Shown in pieces: positions 54,601-64,000 of a stretch of DNA of 64,000 nt. The notes beneath the pieces are model-generated. The model made no database searches and was not told where the DNA came from. It was given only the letters and a program-made list of their open reading frames with translations. This stretch comes from Naegleria gruberi (taxonomy: Eukaryota), in assembly GCA_000004985.1 (NCBI GenBank), contig GG738848.1; one strand, 5' to 3'. The position numbers were made by a program, and so were the translations under genes. Numbering within the stretch: the stretch's first letter is position 1; the number at the start of each line of letters is the position of its first letter.

Positions 54601-54680
54601 AGCCATTCTCAATTACTGATTTAGAGCAGTGTGTAACAAATTGCATGACCAGAATCCATCCAAGTAGTATAATTCCGTAA
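51651..54680 (+). CDS. Hybrid sensor histidine kinase: N-terminal multi-TM domain, HisKA, HATPase_c, C-terminal receiver domain; 1009 aa, no intron detected
   Basis: ATG at 51651. The H-box is FLAQMSHELRTPLHGIIGL, the N-box LINLVYNAIKFT, G1 DTGIGIS and G2 GTGLGLYICKQLVEMM. The receiver has KILIVEDNAINRIVL, the phospho-acceptor Asp in DIIFVDIFMPRLDG and MSKPF. Confidence 0.85.
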   Translation: MPSPSLLDNPFQAVQSTSALYTINIRSFFLQKRDRIVFLSVVIILLTLILPLYHDIYYENSLLSNTIFCTNNLNNERSNQIFSTDEWSDSMHCNSYVANHPFIKNCQFSDYFPQFLRSIPKIYIIFAEYAIKFIIYMFLLMIYWRFHNVMNKLFKFLLLNETIEMENEARQQRTSGESHHVYLLCSEVSRCLCSSIWIMSVQMVLGRNAPAFLWILVYSCLGSVALEMSKKPSIDSKQQTHVTPPPERLPMYRKIFNFLRKLIIGTHATTYVTITVMVICELFVMIYYLKYSASFCSCVVVSILIVQVMTIELIDFMRNHSIEFVQQREMQSMKKVANLYKNLYMTAPDTFLSCVCDSDDVLVRPSDTKVESAYLFLQSFKIVQYNNTAIDTLSCASSLSINPDNYYNHSDHEVTLGDVIINPYKESDEVMRTAALGGNLLSVSDLQNSAVLKLGEVLQDVIQSPFDQTSKQTPTHERILPLFVKGKNQTILTCSLSISKILLYDIDSAGEGMVFFNIILHDITQKYKLLDEINVEKEKAIEANKAKSQFLAQMSHELRTPLHGIIGLTDVLLSKCKEETENEKNLDTFDKAVNLNNICKDSATIAFVESEKSHSPVLEQQTNIIQTIRYSGNILLGLINDLLDICKIESSKIKLENKKFNLRRAIDQIHCGMFQLQAREKSLEFNLQLGENVPTFIVGDEYRLVQILINLVYNAIKFTDMGSVSLIIESKPPSEDNVYELTFKVTDTGIGISQHDLKRLFQPFSQILSTSHKQTKINEGTGLGLYICKQLVEMMRGTLCVDSEEGVGSTFWFTIKFHGEFIPGFEETTRSKILSKNVSSKSLLSLENCKKNELTTVRTPTIEDFESSLPKLKILIVEDNAINRIVLINMLKKIGCTNIAVAQDGLEGVQQFEEFKKTNQLFDIIFVDIFMPRLDGYGTVRRILELESNDPSDHHSILVALTANGFEETRNYCLEHGFDVFMSKPFSITDLEQCVTNCMTRIHPSSIIP

Positions 54681-54903
54681 ATTTATTTTTACAAAATTTC
54701 AGTCGGAAGTGATATTGAAGTTAAAATAATTCAGGCTGAATTACATCTCTTGACATTTAAAAACTCCAATTAGACACTTCAATGAAAGATGAAGTTTTTT
54801 GTCGGGCGCTATGTCGTTCGCTTAGTCGCAAACATGCCGCCAGTTGACTAGAACCGATCATTAAGAACTGCACCAATGTTAAATAATACAACATATCAAA
54901 AAA

Positions 54904-56541
54904 ATGGAAGATATTCTTGTAACTTGTTTCGTGTACATCCCTCTTGGATGTATTCTTTTACTTTCAATCTTATTGGTGGAAAGATACGTTCAATATAAGA
55001 AACTTTGCAAAAAATATGAACACTTACCAGGTGTTACTCAATTTTTACCACCTCACATTGCTCAATTCCTTCCTAAATGGATGCTCCCAGATGGAATCAT
55101 TGATAATCCATTCGAAATCTTTACTCCAGACACAATCCTTCGAATCATTAAGGAAAATAATAGTGATTACTTTAAAATCATATTTGGTATTGCCAATTTA
55201 TCATTTGTTATTGGTGACTGTCCTGAATTAGCCAAAGAATTTGCAACCAAGGGTGCAAAAGTATTCAGAAAAACAGAATTTATGGACAGATCGAGTAAAG
55301 AATTATTTTTTGGAACCAACGTATTTGCTGAGCCAGACCACCATACTTGGTTAAAGCATAGACAATTAATTGATCAAAGTTTTTCACCATCCAATTTGAA
55401 ACTTGTTGCAGATGTTACTAATGAAGTGGTTGAGAAGGATATGATTCCTGCCATTAATTCTCAACTTGAAAGAAGAGATGTAATGGTTGACATGGCGAGA
55501 TTGACAATGGATGTTATTGGAAAGGCAGCTTTTGGATATAGTCTTAATTCATTCCATTCAAAGCCAGGTGAAGTAACCTTGGAACAACAAGGTAATATTT
55601 TTATGAGCTATCTTGATTATCTGAGAGTTATTCCAACAAAATTTTTGAGAAGTAACCTCAAAATTGGTGCTGTTGGTAAATTGCACTTTGCTGTTAAATC
55701 ATTCACTGATGTCATTAGTAAGATTATTGAAAAGAGAGAACGAAGTGATGATAAAGATGAAGCTGCCGATATTTTGTCTCTCCTATTGAAGGAGAGAAAG
55801 AATAATAGAGATCAATCGAGTGGTGGCATTTTGACTGATGAAGAACTAGTGTCAAATTCATTTGTGTTATTAGTGGCCGGCCATGATACTACGTCTAGAA
55901 CACTTGGTTATGCCACTTACTTACTCTCCAAGAATCCTCATATTCAACAAGAATTGCACGATGCAGTTGACAAAGTCGTAAAGGAAACTGGAAAAGATAC
56001 ATTTGATTTCTCAGACTATGAAAGTGGAAGATTGGACTATGTGAAAGCAGTATTTAATGAAGTGTTGAGATTAATCCCTGTTGCTTTTGGTTCTTTCAGA
56101 GATTTAACCAAAAATGTTGAATATAACGGAACAGTATTTCCAAAAGGAGCCATTTTTGGCATTTCATTTGTTCACACTCTCGTCAATGAAAAGTATTGGG
56201 ACGAACCATTATCTTTCAAACCAATGAGATTTATCAAGGATGGAAAGTTTATTGTTCCAAACAGTAATCCATTTGTTTTCACGCCATTTGGTGTCGGTGG
56301 AAGAATTTGTGCAGTAAGTTATTGAAATCAATCATCATGATTATTAATATTCTCTCTATTATCTATATATCAATAGGGTCGTTATTTCTCAACAGTTGAA
56401 GGATTATGTGCATTGGCCAAGTTAGCTAGAACCTACTCTTTCAAACTCTCAGATCCAAATTATGTTGTTCAACACGAAATGCACATTACATTGAAGCCAA
56501 AAGAGACTCTCTATGTTGATTTCATTCCTCGTCAACTCTAA
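54904..56541 (+). CDS. Cytochrome P450 monooxygenase, 524 aa; join(54904..56313,56377..56541)
   Basis: ATG at 54904 with an N-terminal membrane anchor. The ETLR-like block is EVLRLIP. A 63-nt intron (GTAAGT...CAATAG) lies inside the heme loop, and the join FGVGGRICA|GRYFSTVEGLCALAKL restores the canonical FxxGxRxCxG motif. Confidence 0.85.
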
Positions 56542-56711
56542 TACCTATATTCTTCCGTTGCGCCTAATAATAAAACAAACTACCTTACTGCATCTTTGTT
56601 CTATCTCTTGAACTAATTCCGTGAAGTCTTCACATCCTATTAAGGTCAAATTACCATCCTCTTTGCAGGCAATAAATCCGAGAAAAACGCATTGCGAATA
56701 ACTCAAAGAAA

Positions 56712-59083
56712 ATGTCTCGTGTTCAACCAATCACTGAGAATGGTGCAGTAGAAACAACCACACCTTATACACCAAGGAAGATTATTGAAAGCAAATCCAA
56801 AGTTCTCAACTTTTTAACCTCTATCAAATTTACTCTGACACTAATAATATTTCTGGTGATATTGTCATGTACAATAGTGTTCGATTCTATTTGGATGTCT
56901 GTCTTTGCAGGCGAAGTGAGTAAATTAAGTGAGAATGTGAGAAAATCAGAGTTTAATTTAATAATATCCAACACTGAGAGATCCATTAAGAAAGTGGTGT
57001 TGGCTTCGGAATTGGCAAAATCTCAACTTTATTCTGGTTTTGACTTCTCAAATGAAACCCAGTCTATGTCTCATACTTTTAGAATGCACAAAGCTATCAA
57101 ATCACATTTGAATGATCTACATATGCTCCTAGTTGGTGATTCCAATGGAAATATGTATGGAATAGAGCTGGAAGAAACCTCAGTAATGTTCACCATTGTA
57201 AACCAAGAAAAGGATCAAAGTTATTGGAATTGTACAGATCCAGATAAAAATGACGAATGTATTCACGGTGATTTTCCAGAGAGAGTTGAACCCTATTCGG
57301 ATTATACTTTCATTCCTCAGATAGCATCCAATAATCAAGGAAGGACGCTTTTCTCACCACCATTTATTGATTCACATTCTAATCAATTGAGTATTGCTTG
57401 CACTAGTATTTTAGCCATTCCTCCCTCATCCAAAACCATTAACTTTGTAACCATGCTTTGAATCTTGGGGAGTTTTTTGAGTTTCTTCATGAACAAGCAG
57501 ATAATATTCTAGAGGCTATTGCATTTGTCTTTGATACAAAATCCAGACTCTTGATTGTCTCTAGTAGTAAACAGAAGTTCTCTTCTGAGAGTTCCTCCAC
57601 ACTGAAAACATTCTCTGATGTTGGGGGAAGAATAGAAATAATTGGAAATCAAGTGGCAGCTCAGTTCAATAATGACTTGCAAAATTTTCCATGCAACACT
57701 AACTTGACTTTTGTGTTTGATCTTGTTACCTATGTATCTGTAGGAAGAATGTGTAATGAAGAAGGAATTGATTGGATATTTGTATATGATGTTCCTCAAT
57801 GGAATTACATGGGTTATACTACTCACCTTATTGCTTCGGGTAATGGGTCAATTGGGCTGTTGATAACCATGTTTATTCTGGCGTTTATATTTTCCAGTAT
57901 AGTTGTTAAGCCATTCAAAACGTTGATAGCATCGTTTGAATTGGTTTCGAATATGCAACTGGATAATTTTCAACTTTCGCCATCACTCATTTCTGAAGTG
58001 AAATCCTTGCAAGTTCACTTTATAGGTATGGTGGAAAGAATTAGATTGTACAGAAAGTTTATTCCAAGTCACTTGTTGAGTAAGTTGGACAACAACAATT
58101 CAGAAGATGATGTTGAGAATGTTGAAACATCTTTACAAGAAAAACCACAGGATTCACCTTTCTCAAATTCTCATTCAAGCAGTCTTTCAAGAAAACATCC
58201 CAAACAACAACCTTCAGATAATGTATTCTCGCTTTATTTGGAGAATAAGAAAGTTACAGTAGTGGCAGTGTTTTTGGACGGTGTCAATAACTTGTTCAAC
58301 AATGCCAATCCAAAAGAGTGTCTTTCCATTTTGACAGATGTTTTTGATGTAATTAACTATGTAGCAAAGATTAGTAATGGACAAGTTGGTAAATTTGAAA
58401 ATGAAACAGTTACAATTCTCTTCAATGCTTCAGGTGATCAACATAAACATGAAATGAAGGGTCTTCAATGCTGTCACTCCTTATTGAAGAAATTGATAAC
58501 TTTACAGGAAAATAAGCTATCACAGCATATTGTTTATGAGAATAATCCGACATTGAATTTAGATTTCCATATTGTTGCAACAACTCAAGAATGTATGTGT
58601 GGTAATGTGGGAACAAAGGAGATTATGAACTTTGGTGTTTTTGGAAGTGTTCAATACAATATTCAAGGCATGATTGAAACTACAAAAGAGTTGGATATTC
58701 CAATAGTTATTTCTCATGAATTATTCCAGAAAATTGACAACAAATTTCAAGTTAGATTTGTTGATTTTAAGAATTTTGTGTTGGATGATTATTATTCATA
58801 TCCAAACATTGCAGATAAAAGTCAAATTCACACACCAAGAAAAGTTTACGAATTGGGTGAAAGTATTAACAATGAAGCTGATGAATGGATGTATGAATTG
58901 AATGCAAAGGAGAAGAATGAACAATGGAATATTTACAATGAAGCATCACAAGAATATTTCAATGAGAATTTCAATAATGCTGCCACCTTACTTTCAACAT
59001 ATTTACAAAATAATGCAAGTGACAAAGTTGCTATCCATTTGAAGAAAAATTGTGAAAAGAGAATGACCATTGCAGATCTATAA
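56712..59083 (+). pseudogene. Receptor-type class III nucleotidyl cyclase, copy 2: reading frame broken by an apparent 5-nt insertion (ctttg, 57456..57460) creating TGA at 57459; otherwise collinear with copy 1. Pseudogene or assembly error
   Basis: The two track ORFs 56712..57461 and 57458..59083 align to contiguous parts of copy 1 (…FVTIVMNLDVLSEF in copy 1, versus …FVTML* then NLGEFFEF in copy 2). The C-terminal ~290 aa, including the cyclase domain, are about 97% identical to copy 1. Confidence 0.5.
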
Positions 59084-59102
59084 ACAATTTTTATAAACTC
59101 TA
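58250..59102. repeat. Inverted partner of the 25149..26030 duplication or gene-conversion tract
   Basis: See 25149..26030. The 3' boundary lies about 20 bp after the stop codon. Confidence 0.7.
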
Positions 59103-59165
59103 ATTGCGGATTGGTATTTAAGACAGAGGACTGATTGTAAAAGGATAATTTCGAATAAGAAAAAA

Positions 59166-59585
59166 ATGAAAAGACAATTTCAAGATGTCTCCTCGGCTAA
59201 TACTGTTGATACCACACTGAAAAAAGTGAAAGAAAATCCACATGATGATGCGTATTCACTTCTTGATCAATTATCGGAAGAATGCATTGAATCAGTGTTG
59301 GTGTTTTTAGGAGTTTTGAAGAAGGTATTCCATGACAAGATTAAAATGGAAAATGATGAAGACAATGATGATGATGATGATTATACTGGGTTAATTGTAA
59401 AGGGAATTGATAGAAATCAATTTGCGAAACATGCAGTGGTTAACTGGCAACAATTGAGGAATATTAGTTTAGTTTCAAAGAACTTATTCTCTAAATGTGC
59501 TCCTTTCATGTTTGAGCACGAGACTAGGCAAGTTACAAACCAAGTATTTGATAACATTTTTTCAAACCTATTGAAGCTCAGTTGA
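59166..59585 (+). CDS. Small F-box-like protein with acidic tract, 139 aa
   Basis: ATG at 59166. It has LLDQLSEECIESVLVFLGV and DEDNDDDDDY. Its stop TGA at 59583..59585 lies 2 nt before the next gene's ATG. Confidence 0.4.
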   Translation: MKRQFQDVSSANTVDTTLKKVKENPHDDAYSLLDQLSEECIESVLVFLGVLKKVFHDKIKMENDEDNDDDDDYTGLIVKGIDRNQFAKHAVVNWQQLRNISLVSKNLFSKCAPFMFEHETRQVTNQVFDNIFSNLLKLS

Positions 59586-59587
59586 AA

Positions 59588-60955
59588 ATGCTCGAATGTA
59601 AAATGACTTCAGACAAGTTGAAATTGAAAAAGATTAAACAATGGGAACAGTGGTTTGCTGGTGAGATTGGCCATCTTCACAAGGTACAATCCGTTGAATC
59701 ACAAAATGAATTGAAGGAAAAGGTTTTGAATAGAGCAAGCTATTCATTTAAGAATAGTAATCAGCAAATGAATGGAAGATGGGAAATTTCTGCATACTGC
59801 CACTTGATGGAAGATTTACATTTACATCATGCATTTGAATGTGATTATGATAGTTGCAGTTTTACTATTGGTTTGTTTGGAGATCTTGATCAAGTCAACC
59901 AGTCGATTAAGGAAGATTTAATGAAATATTTAGATCTTCCTAATAATACAAGTTTTAAGAGTGAAGATAGTGATGAAGATTTCTATGACGAAGAAGAAGA
60001 AGAAGACAATAGAAAGTACAATCCAGTTGAACTAATGACCTCTCAATATGTTAACAGCTCAGTTAACACCTGTGTTCTCAATTATATCAGAGAAAAGCTT
60101 GGAATTTCTTCTCAAGTCACTAATTTAGAGCTTGTTGCTGCTTTGGTTTATATCTTTCCCTATGATATTTCTGTAAAATCATCAGATATTGTCTACGAAG
60201 ATGTTCAATTTAACGACGAGGAAGTTGAGATTGATTTTACACTCAACCATACTCCAAAGAAAAGTAAGGAAAGGACATATAATGAAGAAACAGATAAGGA
60301 TATATGTTGCAAACCTTGTGAAGGTCGTTCTATTTTTGATATTGGAAATGATATGTTGCTTCAAATCCTTTCCTTTTTAAGATTTAGATATGTTGCAACA
60401 CTCTCAGAAACAAGCAAGACATTTTACAGTGCTTATTTAAGAAGTGGGTGGTCATTCCCAATTAGAATGGGTAAGGTTATCGATTCACTCTCTCCAATTC
60501 TAAACAAGCAAGGTATTGAGAGATCTCTTTCAGTTGTACGTGATGCCAGATACTATGCATTTAACACTCACCCTTATTTTGTTCAATATTTGGAAGTAAG
60601 ATATGAAAATATCGACTACCTATCCTCTGTTAAAACAGTAATGAAAGTTGGAAACCGTACTTATAGCTTTGAAGGATTTGATGATGAAGGATCAAGTCCT
60701 TATTTTACAATGGATGACATTACAAATGGGAAAGTTAAGAAATATTATCCTAAGGACCATGATTTTTACTGTTCAAATGGCGATCTAGTTGTGAGAGTGG
60801 AAGCCATTGCTACCCTAACCAACATGTTTGGATATATGGATGGTAAGGATTTAGTAGAGAAATTCTTGGAACTTCTTCCTTTTGAAAATTGGAGATATGT
60901 AAGTGAAATTAGAATTGGAGATGAGAAAAAGAAACCAAAGCCAAAGAGAAAATAA
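59588..60955 (+). CDS. F-box-like domain protein, about 455 aa, with acidic tract and C-terminal KKKPKPKRK
   Basis: ATG at 59588 (MLECKMTS). The F-box-like block is IGNDMLLQILSFLRFRYVATLSETSKTFYSAYL, and an acidic run DSDEDFYDEEEEED is present. It could be one gene with the preceding ORF if there is a frameshift. Confidence 0.5.
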   Translation: MLECKMTSDKLKLKKIKQWEQWFAGEIGHLHKVQSVESQNELKEKVLNRASYSFKNSNQQMNGRWEISAYCHLMEDLHLHHAFECDYDSCSFTIGLFGDLDQVNQSIKEDLMKYLDLPNNTSFKSEDSDEDFYDEEEEEDNRKYNPVELMTSQYVNSSVNTCVLNYIREKLGISSQVTNLELVAALVYIFPYDISVKSSDIVYEDVQFNDEEVEIDFTLNHTPKKSKERTYNEETDKDICCKPCEGRSIFDIGNDMLLQILSFLRFRYVATLSETSKTFYSAYLRSGWSFPIRMGKVIDSLSPILNKQGIERSLSVVRDARYYAFNTHPYFVQYLEVRYENIDYLSSVKTVMKVGNRTYSFEGFDDEGSSPYFTMDDITNGKVKKYYPKDHDFYCSNGDLVVRVEAIATLTNMFGYMDGKDLVEKFLELLPFENWRYVSEIRIGDEKKKPKPKRK

Positions 60956-60981
60956 ACTAAACTTAAGTAACCATGATTTAT

Positions 60982-61878
60982 TTACAAAGTTTGATGAATA
61001 TCACCAGGGAATAGAGGAATAATATCTGCAGAAACATGAGCAAATGAATCCCTGCCCAAAATTTCATCATAATGTGAGAGAGTTCCATGATGAACAATTA
61101 GAGTTTGCTTTGGAACTAATTTCTTATGGAGCTCAATGATATTTTGAGAATTGTTGGTAATGTTTCCAATAACATTAGTGGAAATATCACCAACAAATGG
61201 TGTTTTCTTCAATGATGCTTCTCCTCCATTAGTAATTACAAAATCAAATTGTTCTCTTGTCAATTCATCCACATCTTTGGCAATGTTTCTCTCATTAAAG
61301 ACTGAATCTCCAGTGACATAAAACTTAGTTTGATTTTCCTTAATTTTGACAATGTAACCATTAGCATTACCCATTGTAATATTGCCAAATTCTTCATTTT
61401 GTCCATGGATTGCATTCACTGAATGGATGGAAATGGTCAACCCTTTAACTTGAAGTTCCAAATCTTGTTGAGGATTCATCCAATGAACAACTCTGCCATC
61501 AAATGTGATATCCTCATGTTTGAATATTTGAGTCAATAGGAATTGAACACCTGGATGAGCAACGATAATAGATTTTGGATTTCCTTTCAAAATCTTTTCC
61601 AAGCCATATCTGTCTACGTGATCTTCGTGTCCATGAGTGAGAAGCCACAAATCAATATTGGTCAAATCATTTTCACCTTTGAGAGAAGGAGCATTCAAAC
61701 GCTCTGATTTGAACAAACCAAAATCAAAGACATGACCTTGTGGACAAAGCATTGGATCAATGGCAATTTGAACTGTTTCGTTTGAGTTTTCAGTTGTTGT
61801 TTCATAGACAAAGGTAGCTCCACCAATTGATCTAATGGTACCTTTTGGAAGTTGTTCTGTACTTGTTGCTGTGCTCAT
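60982..61878 (-). CDS. Metallo-beta-lactamase-fold hydrolase, about 298 aa
   Basis: ATG at 61878 (MSTATSTEQLPKG). The MBL motif is LWLLTHGHEDHVD. The track ORF extends further to an upstream non-ATG start. Confidence 0.6.
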   Translation of the reverse strand: MSTATSTEQLPKGTIRSIGGATFVYETTTENSNETVQIAIDPMLCPQGHVFDFGLFKSERLNAPSLKGENDLTNIDLWLLTHGHEDHVDRYGLEKILKGNPKSIIVAHPGVQFLLTQIFKHEDITFDGRVVHWMNPQQDLELQVKGLTISIHSVNAIHGQNEEFGNITMGNANGYIVKIKENQTKFYVTGDSVFNERNIAKDVDELTREQFDFVITNGGEASLKKTPFVGDISTNVIGNITNNSQNIIELHKKLVPKQTLIVHHGTLSHYDEILGRDSFAHVSADIIPLFPGDIHQTL

Positions 61879-62267
61879 GTTTTTTTGATTTAGGTAATCA
61901 TTTAGCAGTGCAATAGTTTGTAAAATAGGTTTACGGATATGAAAAAGTTTCGGTTTTTGAGCGTGCGGACTTTTTTTCCCTCCAAACTTTAACTTCAATC
62001 CCTTAGTGTTTCGAAAGAGATTACAGTCCTCGACCATTCTACTGCCTTTGACAGTAAATTATTACTGGCTGACACAGTAGTCAATCAGCCGAAATCTGGA
62101 TGCAATATTAAAAATGAAATTACAATTTGTTTTTTTTAATTTTTAAAGAATAATAACTGTACACAAAGATTTTATCTTTTGGAATAGGAAGGATGGAAGA
62201 GGAAAGAGATTGGAATATTCTCTCGATTATAAATTAATAATTTTGTAAACATGACACTAGATTTTTC

Positions 62268-63268
62268 TTATCCACAACATGATTTCTTCTTCTTTTCGTT
62301 GGATGTATTTTGATTTTGATCAATTCTAACAGTACCAGAGTTGGATGTTTTTGGCTTTTCTTCTTCAGTTGACTTTTTAGTGTTTGAAGGAGAGCTATCT
62401 TCGACTATTGGTTCTACTTCTCCAGAATCAATTAATCTGGATTTAATTTCTCTAGCAATAGTAAAGAAAGCTTCCTCCACATTAATATTGTTTTTAGCAC
62501 TGGTTTCCATGAATGGAATTCCATAACTCTTGGCCAATGATTGTCCTCTTTCTGTTTCCACAATTTTCTTTTCGATTAAATCACACTTATTTCCGATCAA
62601 CATCTTATTGACATTATCAGCTGCATGTTCTTCTATATTTTTCATCCAATTTCTAATGTTCAAGAATGATTGTTCATCAGTAACGTCATAAGTTAACATA
62701 ATACCCATAGCACCTCTATATTATTATTATTATTAAATTAATATTTAGACAAATGACTATTATTCTTACCTATAATACGCTGTTGTAATAGTTCTAAATC
62801 TCTCTTGTCCAGCACTAAATAATTATCATCATTTCATGTTGTTGTATTATTATTTTACTTACGTATCCCAAATTTGTAATTTTACTCGCTTTCCATCTAA
62901 TTCAATAGTTCTTATTTTGAAATCAATACCGATGGTAGTTATAAAGTTTGTTGTAAAAGTGTCATCACTAAATCTGAGAAGCAGACAACTCTTTCCCACA
63001 CCTACATGATTTTAAATTTGTTATTTTTGTTGTTATTTCATCATCATCATACAAGTATTAATATCATATAATATTATACAAATAATATCATCATCATTCC
63101 GTCATCAATTCCAACGTAGGCAATTTAAATTTTAAAAAACAAAATAATCCACCCACACTCAACTTGATTAAAATCCAGTGTATACTTACCACTATCTCCA
63201 ATGAGCAATAATTTACAAAGGTAATCATACTGTGCGTTACCAGATCGTGATGGTGGAGGGACTGACAT
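62268..63268 (-). CDS. rab8: Rab8/Rab10-family small GTPase, 236 aa, 4 exons; join(63268..63190,63001..62863,62814..62770,62715..62268)
   Basis: Spliced sequence: [27 protein letters not shown]|[46 protein letters not shown]|[15 protein letters not shown]|[13 protein letters not shown]...GNKCD...ETSAK...SCCG. The introns are 188, 48 and 54 nt. All phases close, and the P-loop, switch I/II, NKxD and SAK motifs are intact. Confidence 0.85.
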
Positions 63269-63715
63269 GACGATTTTCTATTAATTTTTTAAAATAAAAA
63301 TTTAAACGTTGGAAATGACGAGGCAAACAAGATGATGGAAAAATGCCCATTTGATGACTAAAAAATAAATATTCGCAGCTCATCACCCGTTGAAAATGTT
63401 GAAGTTTGTTGTGTTGAAATCATGTCTCTCTTGACATTAAACAAGTGTACGATTAAAATGGATATCGGAAGATGGTGTGTTGGCATATCCAATGAAAATA
63501 TTCGAATTGGGTATTTTTTATTGTAAGATAGTATGAATTTTGAAATTGAATCAATATAGTCATGAAATATTTCAATAGGAATACTGATTCAATTCTTTAA
63601 TCAGTTTCATTTCCTTCTTATTAAGACGATGAGGATTAGCTTTGATTTTCTGAATAACAATAGGACTACTTTCGTTTATCTTTAATTATTATATTGTAAC
63701 AATTTTAAATAGAAT

Positions 63716-64000
63716 TTACATGTCTTCCCAATCGTCGTCGTCATCCATATCATCATATGGATTACCAATATCCAATCCATGAGCTGTATTGCTCAAAACA
63801 AGTACTAATTGGAAAACGTACTTGTTAAAGAATTTTCCTGGTTCTCTCTCAATGACTGTTGGTTGGTGGAATGTTGGTTCAAACAAATTATAGTCTAGTT
63901 CTGAATCAATATATGGTGTATCTTCAAGGTCCATTTCGATTTCAGATTTCCTCTCATATTTTCCAATTTGAACGCTATCCATATCGAAGGATTCATTTGC
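63716..64000 (-). CDS. C-terminal part of a gene running off the window end; acidic tail ...DDMDDDDDWEDM
   Basis: The ORF is open to the window edge and reads ...ANESFDMDSVQIGKYERK... No domain is assignable. Confidence 0.35.
   Translation of the reverse strand, partial: ANESFDMDSVQIGKYERKSEIEMDLEDTPYIDSELDYNLFEPTFHQPTVIEREPGKFFNKYVFQLVLVLSNTAHGLDIGNPYDDMDDDDDWEDM

Noticed and set aside
1-64000. Search for tRNA, rRNA, snRNA or CRISPR arrays
   Set aside because: By eye I found no tRNA-type GTTCGA/T-loop contexts, no rRNA-like conserved blocks, and no short direct-repeat/spacer arrays. The sequence is eukaryotic, so CRISPR is not expected.

Overview
This window is gene-dense eukaryotic nuclear DNA, AT-rich (about 35% GC by eye), with genes on both strands. 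I support about 35 protein-coding genes, most with short spliceosomal introns of 40-105 nt. Donors are mostly GTAAGT or GTATGT, a few weaker GTTTGT or GTTTAC, and acceptors are yAG. Two micro-exons of 10 and 11 nt sit in one gene, and two genes have a first exon that is only the ATG. I found no rRNA, tRNA or CRISPR array. The ORF track uses alternative start codons (GTG and TTG shown as M), so I re-derived true ATG starts and exon joins by hand; all joins are predictions without RNA evidence.

Main content:
- Protein-coding genes: an INO80-type SNF2 chromatin remodeler, a TMEM19/DUF92 membrane protein, a rhodanese, a prenylcysteine oxidase, a cathepsin X/Z protease, a type-B carboxylesterase, a Rab8-like GTPase, a bacterial-type peptidyl-tRNA hydrolase, an NSE3/MAGE protein, a cytochrome P450, an MBL-fold hydrolase, an ankyrin-repeat protein, LRR and F-box proteins, and an EF-hand protein.
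- Signalling genes: a very large polytopic PAS plus class III nucleotide cyclase, a hybrid histidine kinase with a receiver domain, two paralogous single-cyclase-domain receptor-like cyclases arranged as an inverted pair about 31 kb apart, and a BTB/POZ plus cNMP-type GAF protein with poly-N/Q tracts.
- One apparently intact tyrosine-recombinase retrotransposon (DIRS/Ngaro-like) at 17229..21889 on the minus strand. It has 100% identical split direct repeats, paired hairpins, and an unusual overlapping-frame coding layout.

Intron style, poly-N/Q proteins, two-component signalling, cyclases and a tyrosine-recombinase retroelement together suggest an amoebozoan (social-amoeba-like) genome. That is an inference, not a demonstrated identity.
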